Origin: Eledone cirrhosa
Lineage: Eukaryota
Assembly (NCBI GenBank): GCA_964016885.1
Contig: OZ024746.1
Location: 16,678,001 to 16,742,000 of the forward strand
Direction: 5' to 3'
Length of the DNA: 64,000 bases
Positions 48,691 to 61,110 of this stretch are shown here, piece by piece (the first letter of the stretch is position 1; the number at the start of each line of letters is the position of its first letter). A program made the translations under genes and the position numbers. The notes under the pieces were generated by a model. That model did no database searches. It was not told where the DNA came from and saw only the letters and a program-made list of their open reading frames with translations.

Positions 48691-50615
48691 ATTATTTAAC
48701 AGTATTTCCCTTATGTTCCTCTTAAGAAACTATTCTCAATTTGTATGTGTATGTGTGTGTGTGTTAACAAATATGAAGACACACTTCTACTTTTCCATAC
48801 TTCAATTTATTCAATATATTGAAGTCTGAAAAAGTAGAACCATGTCTTTGTATTTGTTAACATACCAATACTCCATTAGGTGCTAGTGTAATTAATTTCA
48901 GATTTTACTTAGATAGGTACAACCAATGTGATATGCTTAATCCTGATTACACCAGAGCTTGTTGATTTCAGTGATAAGCTGCAACACTGAGAGTCAACAT
49001 TGAAATTAAGACAACTAACAAATATATATACCTATGTATATATATATATCATTATTTTTACATCCGTTTTATGTATATATATATATATATATCATCATCA
49101 TCATCATCATCAATGGATGTAAAACGATGATATATATATATATAAACTTTGATAGGTTTTGGCCAGTATTATCCCAGGTCATATCTAACCTGGCAAAGTC
49201 TTATTTTATATTTAAGTCATACTTTGGATACCATAGCCCACTCAAGTAAGGAATTGTTGGCTGAAATATATCTAGGTATAGGTGGCTTATATGGTAGTTC
49301 TTGAATTAATTTATTCATGAACTATTTATGCTATGGGTTATGCAAAATTTACAATGAATTAGAAGAGTCGTTACAATGTCAGGTAGAATGTTCTGCAGTA
49401 TTTGTTCCAGCTCTCTGTACTGTGTTCAAATCTCACTTAGGTCAACCTTGTTTATCATTCTTTCAAAGTCGATAAAATACGCCTAGTACTGGAATCGATT
49501 CTTCTATATATCTATTTCTCACCTCTCTCTATTTCTCTCTGGAAGAAATTGGCTGTTGAAATACCCATGACTTGCTGTATATATGATAGTAGCACACCTA
49601 CAAATCCACCAGAAGTTAAAGTTGTATGGTGTAGTGTCTCTGAGGTGAGCTGGGTATACACAGGTACATAGTTTTCTCATTTTGGTCTATAACACCTTTA
49701 TATATTTTGTCTTCACAACATGGCCATTGTCATCCAGTTTTATATCTTCTTATGATGTGTTGCTATCTTTTCTGTTTCAAAATAAATGTGTTCCTTTAGT
49801 AGGTAGCCAGGTTCTTCCAAGGAAAAATATACCAAAAATATTCCTCACATTTTCACTTTCTTATCTGCCTTATACGAAAAAAAAAATAGGTAACTCAAAA
49901 GTAAACCCTTTTTTGCAAAGTTTTCGTTTCTCCATAAATTATTCTTTCCAAATGTGCTTCAAAGATGACATAACAGTTGTCCGTAATACACATTACTTCA
50001 AAATATCCTTATCTCAGCCATTTAATATTATATATGAAATTTAATATTATCTATGAAACTTAAGGCTTTTAATTAATCGAAAATAATTATTTCTAGCATT
50101 GGCTGAAAGTCAGTTTCTTTGAGGATAGTAATTGATAAAATCATCTGGTATTGCTTGATTCCATCGATCTCTGCTGATCAAATATTGTCTACTTTATTGT
50201 GATTGGAAGATGACATTTAGGGGAAGTAACTCCAAGTTAATGTCTGTTTTATTTACCATGTCAACCTAATCAATATTACTTTAAAGTACTCACCATTATT
50301 GCTAAGTATTAGAAGCATATTAGTGATCGATCATTTCCCTTATTTTAAAGCATATATGGGCTTAGACATTTAAATATATTTACAGTCAATGATTTATTGA
50401 GTCCTCTTTATTAAATGTTTGTGGCTTTGTAATATGTTTTAAGATGAACTAAATTTAACAGTATTTAAACTACCAATTTAATTTATTTATAGTTTTCCAG
50501 GCTACTTAAACATCTTTAATATGTAACAATACCTCCACCACCGTCCCCACAAAGGTTATACTTTCGTTTGTAAACATTGTTATAATTATACATATAATTG
50601 TTTTTATGTTGGTGC

Positions 50616-50663
<48 letters not shown>

Positions 50664-52944
50664 GTATGTAAATATATATATATAACTTTTTGTGTTGGTG
50701 CTACCATGTATATAACTGCTTTTATGTTTGTGCCATTATATATATATAACTGTTTATGTTGGTGCTATGCTACATTTGGTAGTTACTCATTCTGAGTTCA
50801 AACTTCGAATCCTTTTAGCAGTCAACTTTATCTTTCATTCTCCCAGAGATCGATAAAATTAATATCAGTTGAAAAATATATAAATTGTTGTTTTGCCAAA
50901 TCAGAAGAAATATTTGTCTTTTCCTCTTCTAAGGTCTTCCAACACTGTGAATACTTAGTATTGTCAGTTATTAAGAAACCCTATCAAGCAGATATCCACT
51001 GACTAAATAATAAGCTACTATATGACCAATCTGCTCCCAATCACTGAGACCATGTTTATATCCCACCGGTGTCCAAAATATTGGAAAATTGTTAAGAAAT
51101 ATTTAATCAATTCTTAAGATCTTTTTTTTTAATTCCCCTAAAAACAAATTTTCATAAGTGCATATTGTTGATTCTATCTTAATTATTCTGATCCTACAAA
51201 AATATTTCTCTCAAATTTTTAAAACAAATGTAGATATTGTATTTATCAAAATTTATTAAGAAAATATTTCAGCAGTTTTACATCAAGGTTAAGGTGTTTT
51301 AATTGTAATTTTATTTTTCTGGTTACACTATATATCTATATATAGCTGCACACCAATTGGCGAAATTGCAGTTGGGACATTGAAGTAAAATTAGGTAAAT
51401 TTTTATCTATGCTCTTCACACTTATAATCAGAATAATAAATGTGAGTTCCAGGTTCCAAGATGGTTACAAATTGTTTTGTGTAATTATGACTTATTTATA
51501 TACACTTCAGGCCACCTGATCCACCTGTTCTATTTTATATGTATATATATACACACACACACACATATATATAGATATACACATATATGTTCATAGAATG
51601 AGAAAAACTCATTGCAAGAATAGCTGTTAAAACAGCAAAATGCCATCAATAACAGCATCGGGTAAAATACCTCAAAGAATAGAATTGTGTTGGCCCATTG
51701 ATTTCTGTCATTGACAGCTATTCTTGCGTTGAGTTGTTCTGGTTATTCTATGAATTCTAATACACTCACACGCCATCTTGGTCTTCAAGACAACATTATT
51801 TATATATGTACATGTGTGTGAGTATAACCATTCATACACTCAATCATACTTTTGCTTCTTACTTTTGTAAATCAGCTCTAATTCTCTTCAGTATGTTTGC
51901 AATCGGTTATATTTTACATTGAGTAACTGGAAAGATTTTCTTGTGGATTCTATGGTTCTTTGTTGTACAATACAGTTCATTGCAGAATTCCTATTTTACA
52001 AGTCTTTAAAAAGTAAACATGTCTTCCTATACACATATATATATATTTGTGTGTGTGTGTATATATATACACACACATATGAGAGAGAGGAAGTGAAATG
52101 AAAAAAGTGTATTGCAATTCAGATTGTTTTCTTTTCAAATAAATAGCATTTACTTTTCTATAGCAACAAAATCTCCATTTTCACAGCATTTTATCTATTC
52201 AAATTTTCAATGCTTCTTCATGTGCATTTATCCTTGTTTGATAAGCTGTTTCCAGTGAAACTTTGAAGTCAGTTTTTTTCTGTTTAATAAATTATATACA
52301 CATACACGTGTGTGTGTGTGCATAATGTATGTATATATACATACCCATGCAACTTATTCAAACATTTTATAAATTCTCAATTTATTTCCTGCCAAACTTT
52401 CTAATTGTTTTTTTCTTTTGGCTTTTTTTTTTGGGTGGGGGGGGGGGGGGTCATATTTGACACCAAATATAATATATGATAGGTTTGGGGCCCCTATCAT
52501 TAAAACACCCCAGAAATATATGAGCTGCAACATTTTAGGAGGCCAGCTAAACCTACATAAGTGTGAGCTGTAACAAGATGATATAATAATTGTTGGTTAG
52601 ATATGTCATGTTATGTTAAGGAAACAGAAAATATGAATAATGTTAAAACTAAAGTAAGAACTATTTTTCTTCATTTAGAAGTATTTATGTTTCTATATTT
52701 CCATTTAATGTTTCTTTGAAAAAAATTATTCCATTAATATTTAACTTTTTCATGGTTCATTGATTTCAACATTTAAGGAAATTCTAACAAGTTTTGTGTA
52801 TAATTTGATGAAGTTTCAAATGATATTTTATATTCTCATAAGAGCCCTTTATCTTGTTTCATTTACCACAATGTTCAAATTTTATTTAATAAGTCATTAG
52901 CCATCTTATATACATGTGTGTGTGTATAATGTGTGTTTATGTCT

Positions 52945-53078
52945 TTTCATTTAGAAGTGACTTTTACAGGACTAGCATATCACCACCAAATGAAACAGTA
53001 CTAGTCCTGTTGAAGTCACTTCTAAATGAAATAAAATTACTTTGATTGTGGTTCCTTTCCATTCTTTCGTGGAATAAT
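52945..53078. mobile_element. Family C element, inverted structure with the 3' half of a hammerhead
   Basis: Arms at 52945-52975 and 53001-53031. Plus strand reads GAAA CAG UACUAGUC CUG UU GAAGUCACUUCUAAAUGAAA. Confidence 0.62.
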
Positions 53079-55463
53079 ATATATATATGAAGTTCCATGA
53101 TGTTTTTAACCATTTATATATAATTCCATAATGCTCCTTTCTAAAGAATCCTGTTTAGTCTGATGTTAAATATGTTTTTTAATTAATGAACCTTAAAGAA
53201 TCTACATGGAATTTGTCTGTTTTCTTCTAAAATCTCTGATTTAAGAGTTATTGTTTAGCCATAAGTCAGTTCTATGGCATACCAAATACATTCCAACAAT
53301 GACCATCCCATCTCCACCAGATATAATGTATCTTGAATTCTATTATCTAAATGTTTCCTACCTATTTTAAAGAATATAAGGTGCGATTTCACTGTTGTTT
53401 ATAACAGAATTAAAAGAATTATGTATTGTATTTCAATATGACATTATTTTCAACATTTGATATTACATTTATTACATAATAAATACATTTATTGTGTAAT
53501 AAACATAGTGAATGGTGGTGAGTTTTACCTGCTCAACTTGTCTTGCAAAGATAAACTAAACAAATAAAAATTATGTTGGTGGGGATCATCCTCACTCAAA
53601 AATCTTATAGGCATCAGTCTCCACCCAGGGCCTCAATTATAGAGGGGGAGGGAGGTTGACCTCACCAAAAATATGGTGTCTGAAGGTACCCTCCCCACAC
53701 GAAATGATGGTGAGTAAACACATCCACAAAAAAATGCTGGAAACCTCCAAATATGAGGGAACCTTCCCATAATAAAATGACATGGGGTGTGACGTCTTCG
53801 CCTCGCCCCAGATGGTACAGAGCCTCCCCCCCCCCCCCAACCAACCAACAAAGTTGTTATGAAACTGTCATTAAACCCAATTTATGTTACCAAATCAATC
53901 TTGTATAGAACTGTCATGTGGAATCAATTATTTCCTTGCCTTTTATTTCCCTTCTTATAATGGTTCAAACTACTTCATTTTATTATTATTTCTATATGTA
54001 TAAAGAACTTTGTTGTGTATATTATTATCATTATTATCTACATGCTTGTGTATATAAGTGTGTGCCTACTGTATGTGCAATATATATGATATATATTGTG
54101 TGTATAGATTTGTGAGTGGATCTCTCTCAATGTATATTTGTTTACTCTGTTTAAAAGTTAAGTAATTTATTATATTTATTCAATATCATGTTTAAAGTTT
54201 TTTTGTAGTAAATGTTTCTAATATTTGTAATGTTATAAGTCACTTTTGTATTATTAATATTATTATGAAGGGCAATGTATTGGCAGAATTGTTAGAGCAT
54301 AAGAAAGAATGCTTTGCCATATCCATTCCAGCTGAGTTCAAATCTCGCCACGGTCGACTTTGCCTTTCATCCTCCCAGGGTTGATAAAATAAAGTACCAG
54401 TTAAGTACTGGGGTCAAGATAACTGACTTTCTCCTTCCCTCAAATTGCTGGCCTTGTGCCAAAGAATTATTGTTAGAAAGAATTGTTTTTTTTTTGTTTT
54501 GTTTTTTTTTCTTTTAACACTATTAAACAATAAAGTCCATTCTCTAATACTATTTAAGTGTGTTTATTAGTTTTATTTTTAATGTAAATATTCACTTCAT
54601 TGCATGCCAGCCACACTAAACTTCAACAAGTTATAACATACACCAAAAGCACCCAGTCCACTCTGTTAAGTGGTAGTGCTACTGTCACAGCAAAAAGCAC
54701 CTAGTTCACTCTGTAAAGTGGTAGTGCTGGTTTCACAATAAAAAGCATCCAGTCCAGCCTGTAAAGTGATAATGCTGGTGCCACAACAAAAAGTGGCAGA
54801 AATGGGGCTCCTCTGAAAAGTCTTTGGAGTAACATCACTTGATAGAGTGCGTAGTCTGGAGATCATAGAACCGCTACTTCTCCAAATTAAGAGATCACCT
54901 GATATTACAGATATGTGATTAGAATGTCTCAGGAATGAATTGCTTAACATATGTGTGTATGTTTATAGAAATATATATTTCTTTCTGACAAAGACATTGA
55001 GATGGATCTATTGTATCAAGACTAATAATTTGGAGTTACGTAAATACTTTTGATTAGTCACTATATTGATTTATCATGATCAATCAACCTGTACCATTGC
55101 CGGTACTTTGTTCTAGGGCAAATCTTTGCCTGCTTTGGGCCTGAGAGGGGTCTTGTACTGCCTTGCAAAATTTCTTTTGGAGGCCCGATTCAACTGATTT
55201 ATTTACATTATTTTTAACTCTGAAGCCGAGAATCATTCGGTTTCCTAAATAGAATATTCGTCTAATGATTCCATTTATACCATAAACGTGGTTTTGTCTT
55301 TGCGTGTAATTGTTCTCATCATTCCACATAATGACGTATTATCTTCGTTTTTTCCATTCATTGCCAGGGAACGTCTTCAAGAACCAAAGTATCGTCTTCC
55401 TGTTTTCCTTCGGCTGCAACGTTTTTCAAAATATTTACTTCTGCATTCACAGATTGATTTTTT

Positions 55464-55514
55464 AGTTTCAGAAGATCCCGTTAAGGGTGAAAGCAGTGAT
55501 TCTTTGCTTAAACT
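55464..55514 (+). ncRNA. Family D type I hammerhead with one core substitution (CAGAAGA), in an element of roughly 550 nt (about 55080-55625)
   Basis: AGUUU CAGAAGA UCCC GUUAA GGGU GAAA GCAG UGAUUCU UUGC UU AAACU. All three stems can form. The element's 3' end recurs inverted at 26915-27015 and 58560-58612. Confidence 0.7.
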
Positions 55515-56087
55515 TTAATCTGTTATTTTAATAAATATTTGCTCTAGGGTTCTTATATATTTGATATATATTTATCCTTATCAAGCCCTTTTTGGATTTT
55601 AGTCTTCACAGTTATTATTATTACTATATATATATATATATATATATTCTATGTGTGAGTGTAAATTTTTAAAAGTTTCAGAGGGACATATATAGGAAAA
55701 TATAAACAAACATTCCTTACTATGATGGTTGATGGTAGGATGAGACTGGGCACTGTCCACAAGAAGGGCACACATAGCAAAAAGACATGTGGTAATGTAG
55801 CTTGCTTTGCAACAATATCCTCACATTAATAGAGGATAGATAGATATATAGATGGATTGATAGAGATAAGGACGACAATGTTGATCTCCCTTGGAACATT
55901 TTGGATCTGTAGGAGACCCTACGATAACAATTTTTATATGCTATTTAAACCCATCATATGTCAACTTGGGTGAATGTCTTCTACTGCAGAGAGAGAGAGA
56001 GATTTATATATATATATAGAGAGAGAGATATACACAGTATGGAGCATATATGTAGCCACTTAATTTGCTATAAATAGCAGCCAAATA

Positions 56088-57210
56088 TAGAGGTTCATGC
56101 AACACGACTTCGCACCCGTTTCAAGGGCTATGAGGTGTATGCATGGATCTCCAAGTCGTCCAAAATCATGAGGTGGTGTCACCATGTTGTTTCAGAAAGT
56201 CTATATTGCAAGATCCAGATCTATCTTCCTGGATCCAAAAAATAAGTCAGTGGTGCAGGACATGACCAGCAGCGAAGGACATGCTTTCAGGTTGGTAGCC
56301 GTTTATGCCCCGATAGGGACAGGATGACCAGAATTCTTCAGACGTCTGGAAACATTTCTAGGAACATCGCGCTTTTTATTGGTAATGGGTGAATGGAAGA
56401 GTGTTTTGGATGCACGCTGGGTTCTGCGATTAGCAAACTTACTCAGATAATTCCAAATGTCTGACAGGTACTGATTCGATTTCCCAAATGTGCTAGTGTG
56501 GACCTGATGAAACTGGTTAGGTCATCCAGATCATATCTAGATAGGGTATTTTGTAAAACGTTAGAGATATAGGTTGTCCACAATTCATGGTAGACAACTA
56601 AACAACAAATTTATGATGTGTACTATTGACCTAGGTGGACTCCACAGACAGTAGTGACCCAGTTACTGAAAGCCTAACATATCACTCTCAGCTGGTGGAA
56701 GTTTACAGAGACCAAATGGTGGTGGTGTGTGTGTGTCCCAAAAAATGATCACTAGAACAGAATCCATAAGGTTTAGCAAATGGCTAGCATTAAAATGAAA
56801 TAGAATAGGAGAGCTTGTCAGAAAGCTAGATGAGGTATTTAGAAAAGTTCTTGCAGCCAAATTAGCCCTCAACGAATTCTTCAACAAATGTTAGGTCGTC
56901 AAACCTAGGGTACATACTCTGAGACACGGGGGGGAAAGGGCGGACGAAAACCGTCCAATGGGTTTAAGTGGCGGCGGCACGACGTGGCAACAAGGCTACA
57001 ATTCAGTTTTTTGGCTGACCAAGAAGGAAGCTAGCTACATGGTTCCAAGTAGTTGTGTGCGGCCTTTCTCCCAACTGTTGGGGGCGAGTGACGGACCGGA
57101 TCGTAGGATGGACTTCAATATCTACCTCGACCGCCTGCCGTGATCCTCGGCAACAGAGACGCTGTGGTGCGAAAGGCCGATGAAATACGGGAAGCGATAA
57201 GAGGTTGCAT
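56088..57210 (+). pseudogene. Decayed Tx1/L1-group LINE, AP-endonuclease region
   Basis: FRLVAVYAP (near 56286), LVMGEWKSVLDA (GDxN-like) and RSYLDRVF (near 56528), with many stops and frameshifts. Confidence 0.7.
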
Positions 57211-57395
57211 GATTCTTCGATTGCTGACAACCTTTTCCTGTCAATAGGGGTATTTTATCGGATTTTCTAAGGTATTATTTATAGCATTCAACTGTGGTTA
57301 CAGCAGTTATTTTCTGCGTTTAATATCTCTGGATTTTCTAAGAATTTCAAACCTACCCAACGCTCCGATATTTTCGTGTGTGTGAGTATTATATA

Positions 57396-57433
<38 letters not shown>

Positions 57434-58431
57434 CAAAAACACAAACTAACTAACACATACACAGGTATAATAAATGAGAGAGATATTTGTGTTAAATTAA
57501 TCATCCATGAGGTTTTACTTGGAAGGGATTCACTTGAAGGCCCTGTACCGTTAGCTGTGGTCTATAAAGTATTCGTGAGTTAAGCAGTTGTTTATAATAC
57601 ATCATTTCTAATCATCTCCAAAATTGTGACAGCTGTTTTTTTAGACTTAGCATCCTAAATTTTTAACTCCAGTCCGCTGCTGTCTAAATATATATATATA
57701 TATATATACATACATAAATACATTGAAATATTTATCTATATAAGTATATATATGCACACATATATATATTTCATTTTTAGCCTTTAGTTTATACTCTTAT
57801 CATAACATCGAGACCAGAACATCGGTTAGTATCATTATTTTGTTTCATGGTTTTTTTTAGTATTTTATTCTTCCACATTTTATATTTATTTATATTAATA
57901 TTTCCGTTTATTGTTATTAAGAAGGAATATTTTGGTAATTTTCTGGAGGATTGGGTGGGGGGGAATATTGTGTTTTGAGAAGAGTGAGAGAGAAAATAAT
58001 TGTGGATAGCGGAGTCGAGATTTTCTTTGTTTTTTTTTAATAAATAAATGGATTCCGCTATATTTATATATTTTTTTATAGCTATATTTATAGATTTTCT
58101 TTAAATCTATTTATTATTTTGTTAAATATATTTATTATTTTGTATCGATTTGGTAGGTTTGTTATTTTACACAATTCCTCGGACAATACACATTACACCA
58201 TTCCTCGGACAATAAACACACGCATAATATATATATATATTATATATATATATATTATAAAATAAAAATACAGACTAAACCAACGAGTAGATCCCAGTAA
58301 AATAATCTAAAATAATTAGTCTGTGTATTTTATTTAAGATATATTTATAAGCTTCTCTAAATTAGATTCTTGGCAATCTTTTTTTTATCGAAATGTAAAG
58401 CATTTTACTGACAATGTTACACACACACATA

Positions 58432-58509
58432 CAGGGTGTCCCCCAAAATGTATACACAGTACAACAGCATTCTAATAGATATGTGTATACAATTTTTTGA
58501 GACACCCTG
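58432..58509. mobile_element. Tiny Tc1/mariner-type MITE
   Basis: TA|CAGGGTGTC..AAAATGTATACAC ... GTGTATACAATTTT..GACACCCTG|TA. Confidence 0.8.
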
Positions 58510-58529
58510 TATGTATGTATGTATGTATG

Positions 58530-58564
<35 letters not shown>

Positions 58565-59061
58565 ATAAATGTGAAGACTAAAATCCGAAGAGGGCTCGAT
58601 AAGGGATTATATATATATAATGTTACATTTGGTGATATTACATAATGTATTAAAAAAACAAGTATGTAAATCATAGTTCTTTGTAAGCGAGGAAGATATT
58701 TTTTTTTTTTGCTCTAGATCCTATTTCGTTTTTGTTGTTTTGTAATAATGTTTTCTTCATTTTTTACCCGTGTCAAATAAAGACGAGAATATTTATATTT
58801 GTCATAAATTGTTATTATTCTGTGTGTGTGTGTGTGATGGTGGTGGAATTGCCTGGGGATGGAGATCGTCCCATCATACTGGAGAACTTTTCCTCGTTTA
58901 CTTTTTATTATATTTTTAGTGTTATTTATTTCATATTATTATTATATCTACTGTTTCCCTTTGTTGATTCACCTTTTTTACTCCATGTAAACACTACTCT
59001 GTGTTGTGTTTCGTCCTTGTATGGGCCCCAAATGTCTGCGGCCTCTGAAGCCAACAAAGGG

Positions 59062-59382
59062 GTGGTGGATTGGCAGTAATCGGTAGAGCGTCGGACAACA
59101 TGCTTTGCAGCATATAGTTATGACCCTTTACTTTCTGAGTTCAAATTTCGCTAAGGTTAGCTTTGCCTTTCACCTTTACAGGGTCGATAAAATAAAGTAC
59201 CAGTTATGCACCGGGGTTGATTTAATCGACTTACCCCTCGACCGAAAATTATTGGCAGTGTGCCTAAATCAGAGTAATGCTCTGGGGTAATTGCTGGCCT
59301 TGTGCCTAAATCAGAAACCATTATCATTAGTACCAGTAATGCACTGAGTAATTGCTGGCCTTGTGCCAAAAGTAGAAACAAT
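59062..59382 (+). mobile_element. tRNA-derived SINE (representative copy)
   Basis: A-box-like TGGCAGTAATCGGTAGAGC, B-box-like GAGTTCAAAT, and core GCCTTTCA.C.TT..GGGTCGATAAAATAAAGTACCAG. Other copies at about 370-560(-), 26582-26742, 27570-27690(-), 32235-32335, 44838-44920, 45760-45942, 49360-49500, 50790-50870, 54268-54465, 59700-59818 and 63670-63735(-). Confidence 0.85.
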
Positions 59383-60189
59383 TATCATCATCAACTGCTT
59401 ATATATTTTGATTGCTTGATCCTTTGTTATTTGCTATCCCCAATGCTTCGCTTCAAACATTGCTAACAACTTTTCTAATTATTGTAGCTTGTATTTTCAT
59501 TTTCTAATTATTGTAGCTTGTATTTTCATTTTCTAAATATCTTTGCTTTCACTTCTATTTGAGAATTGTTTTGTTCCGATCGACCCATAGCAGCAAGTTT
59601 TAGTTTCACTATTTTCGTTGGCATAACTACAGTTTAATGGCTCTCAAATGTGTTACCTCTATATAATCTCTCCCAATAATCTATTATTATTAATAAATAT
59701 CCGAGTTCAAATCCCGCCGAGGTTGACTTTGCCTTTCATCCTTACGGGGTCGATAAAATAAAGTACCAGTAATGAACTAGTTAATTGCTGGCATTGTGCC
59801 TAAAGTAGAAACAATTATTAATGAAATATTGCAAACATACATTTTTGAAGGTATAGATTGCGATTATGTTGATGAAATTAAAATAAAACTACTAATAATA
59901 ATGATTATCAACCACAAAGGGTCAACACCAAGAAAAACATTAAGGACAGGACAAAACGTGTTTGTATTGGTTTTGCGTGTAAACAAGTTTAAATATAAAG
60001 GGAGGTAACAATAAAGTATTAACAATGAGTATTCTTCAATAGGGAGGAGAGATCCGTAGGTGGGAGGTAACAATAGAATTTTAACAATAAATATTCCTTA
60101 ATAGGGAGGAGACGTCCGAGACTTGTGGAAAAACCCCGTAAAACCACAGTTGCTCTGACTGCTAGGGCAAGTAACCTCACTCAGTTCCT

Positions 60190-61110
60190 CAGCCTTGATT
60201 TACAGGCATATACTCAGGGCAGGCCCTTTCACCCAGACCTTCCCTCTTCACTCTGATTTTTCCTCTTAAAATTTAAAGAAGTTGATTCGGGATTCGTCAA
60301 AGAGGTAAATGCTTGTCTTCAGCCCCTTTAATCATATCAACCATACAACCTTTTTTGCCATGGCCACCAGGCATATAAAAACTGCCTGCCCTTCCTGGTT
60401 AAAGGAAGGTGGTGGGGTGATCTTCACAATGGATTCAGTTTATCACTGGATCCGCTTTACATGTGACGGCAGATGTTTGACATAAACCCACAGGTCAGCA
60501 ATGCTTGGGCACTGAACGAGTACATGCAGGACCATTTTGTTGTCCTGCGCACATCTCAGACATGCTCAGCTGACGGCACTTCCACACCTGTAGAATTTAT
60601 CTCAACCTGGCAAAGCTCCCCAGTAGCACTACCAGGCCAGGGATTTCTCGAAGATATCCATTGGCCCTGGACTGAAAGTTCTCCAGAAGAGAGTGGCTAG
60701 TTTCTTGTCTTCGACACCCAAGGTCTCCCCAAGAATGTCATTTCTTTTCCCCACCACTAATTCTTTATAGAATGCCAAAGTATAGTTTCCACTAATCACA
60801 GTGCCCTACTGGCTGAGGGTTGTGAGTGCTTCAAAACATTCCAGTTTCCAAACACTCCTCTTGGATTTTGCTTGACCCCGGACTGCAACTCTCTTGAGAT
60901 GAGCTGGTAAAACACGTCAGGCGAAAGGCAACCACATCTGTTCACTCTCAACGAAAAGCTGGAGACATCATAGCCTTAGAGCATCATCAGTCACCGCATG
61001 CCCAACGCTCCAAGTAGCAAATGTTGACAGCAGATGGACTGTCTAACCATTGGAACACATCCTTTCCAAAGATACAGAAAAGTACATGGAACTTCCAAAG
61101 TGTAGATTAG
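60190..61110 (-). pseudogene. Decayed Tx1/L1-group LINE, C-terminal region
   Basis: Minus strand near 60490-60565 reads CLRCAQDNKMVLHVLVQCPSIADLW, a CCHC knuckle typical of the L1/Tx1 ORF2 end. Confidence 0.65.

Noticed and set aside
53470-54535. AATAAA signals as the BLZF1 polyA site (a 6-7 kb 3' UTR)
   Set aside because: AATAAA is common in this AT-rich DNA and cannot be assigned without transcript data.
59062-59150. tRNA gene
   Set aside because: The A and B boxes belong to a multicopy SINE head and no cloverleaf can be built.
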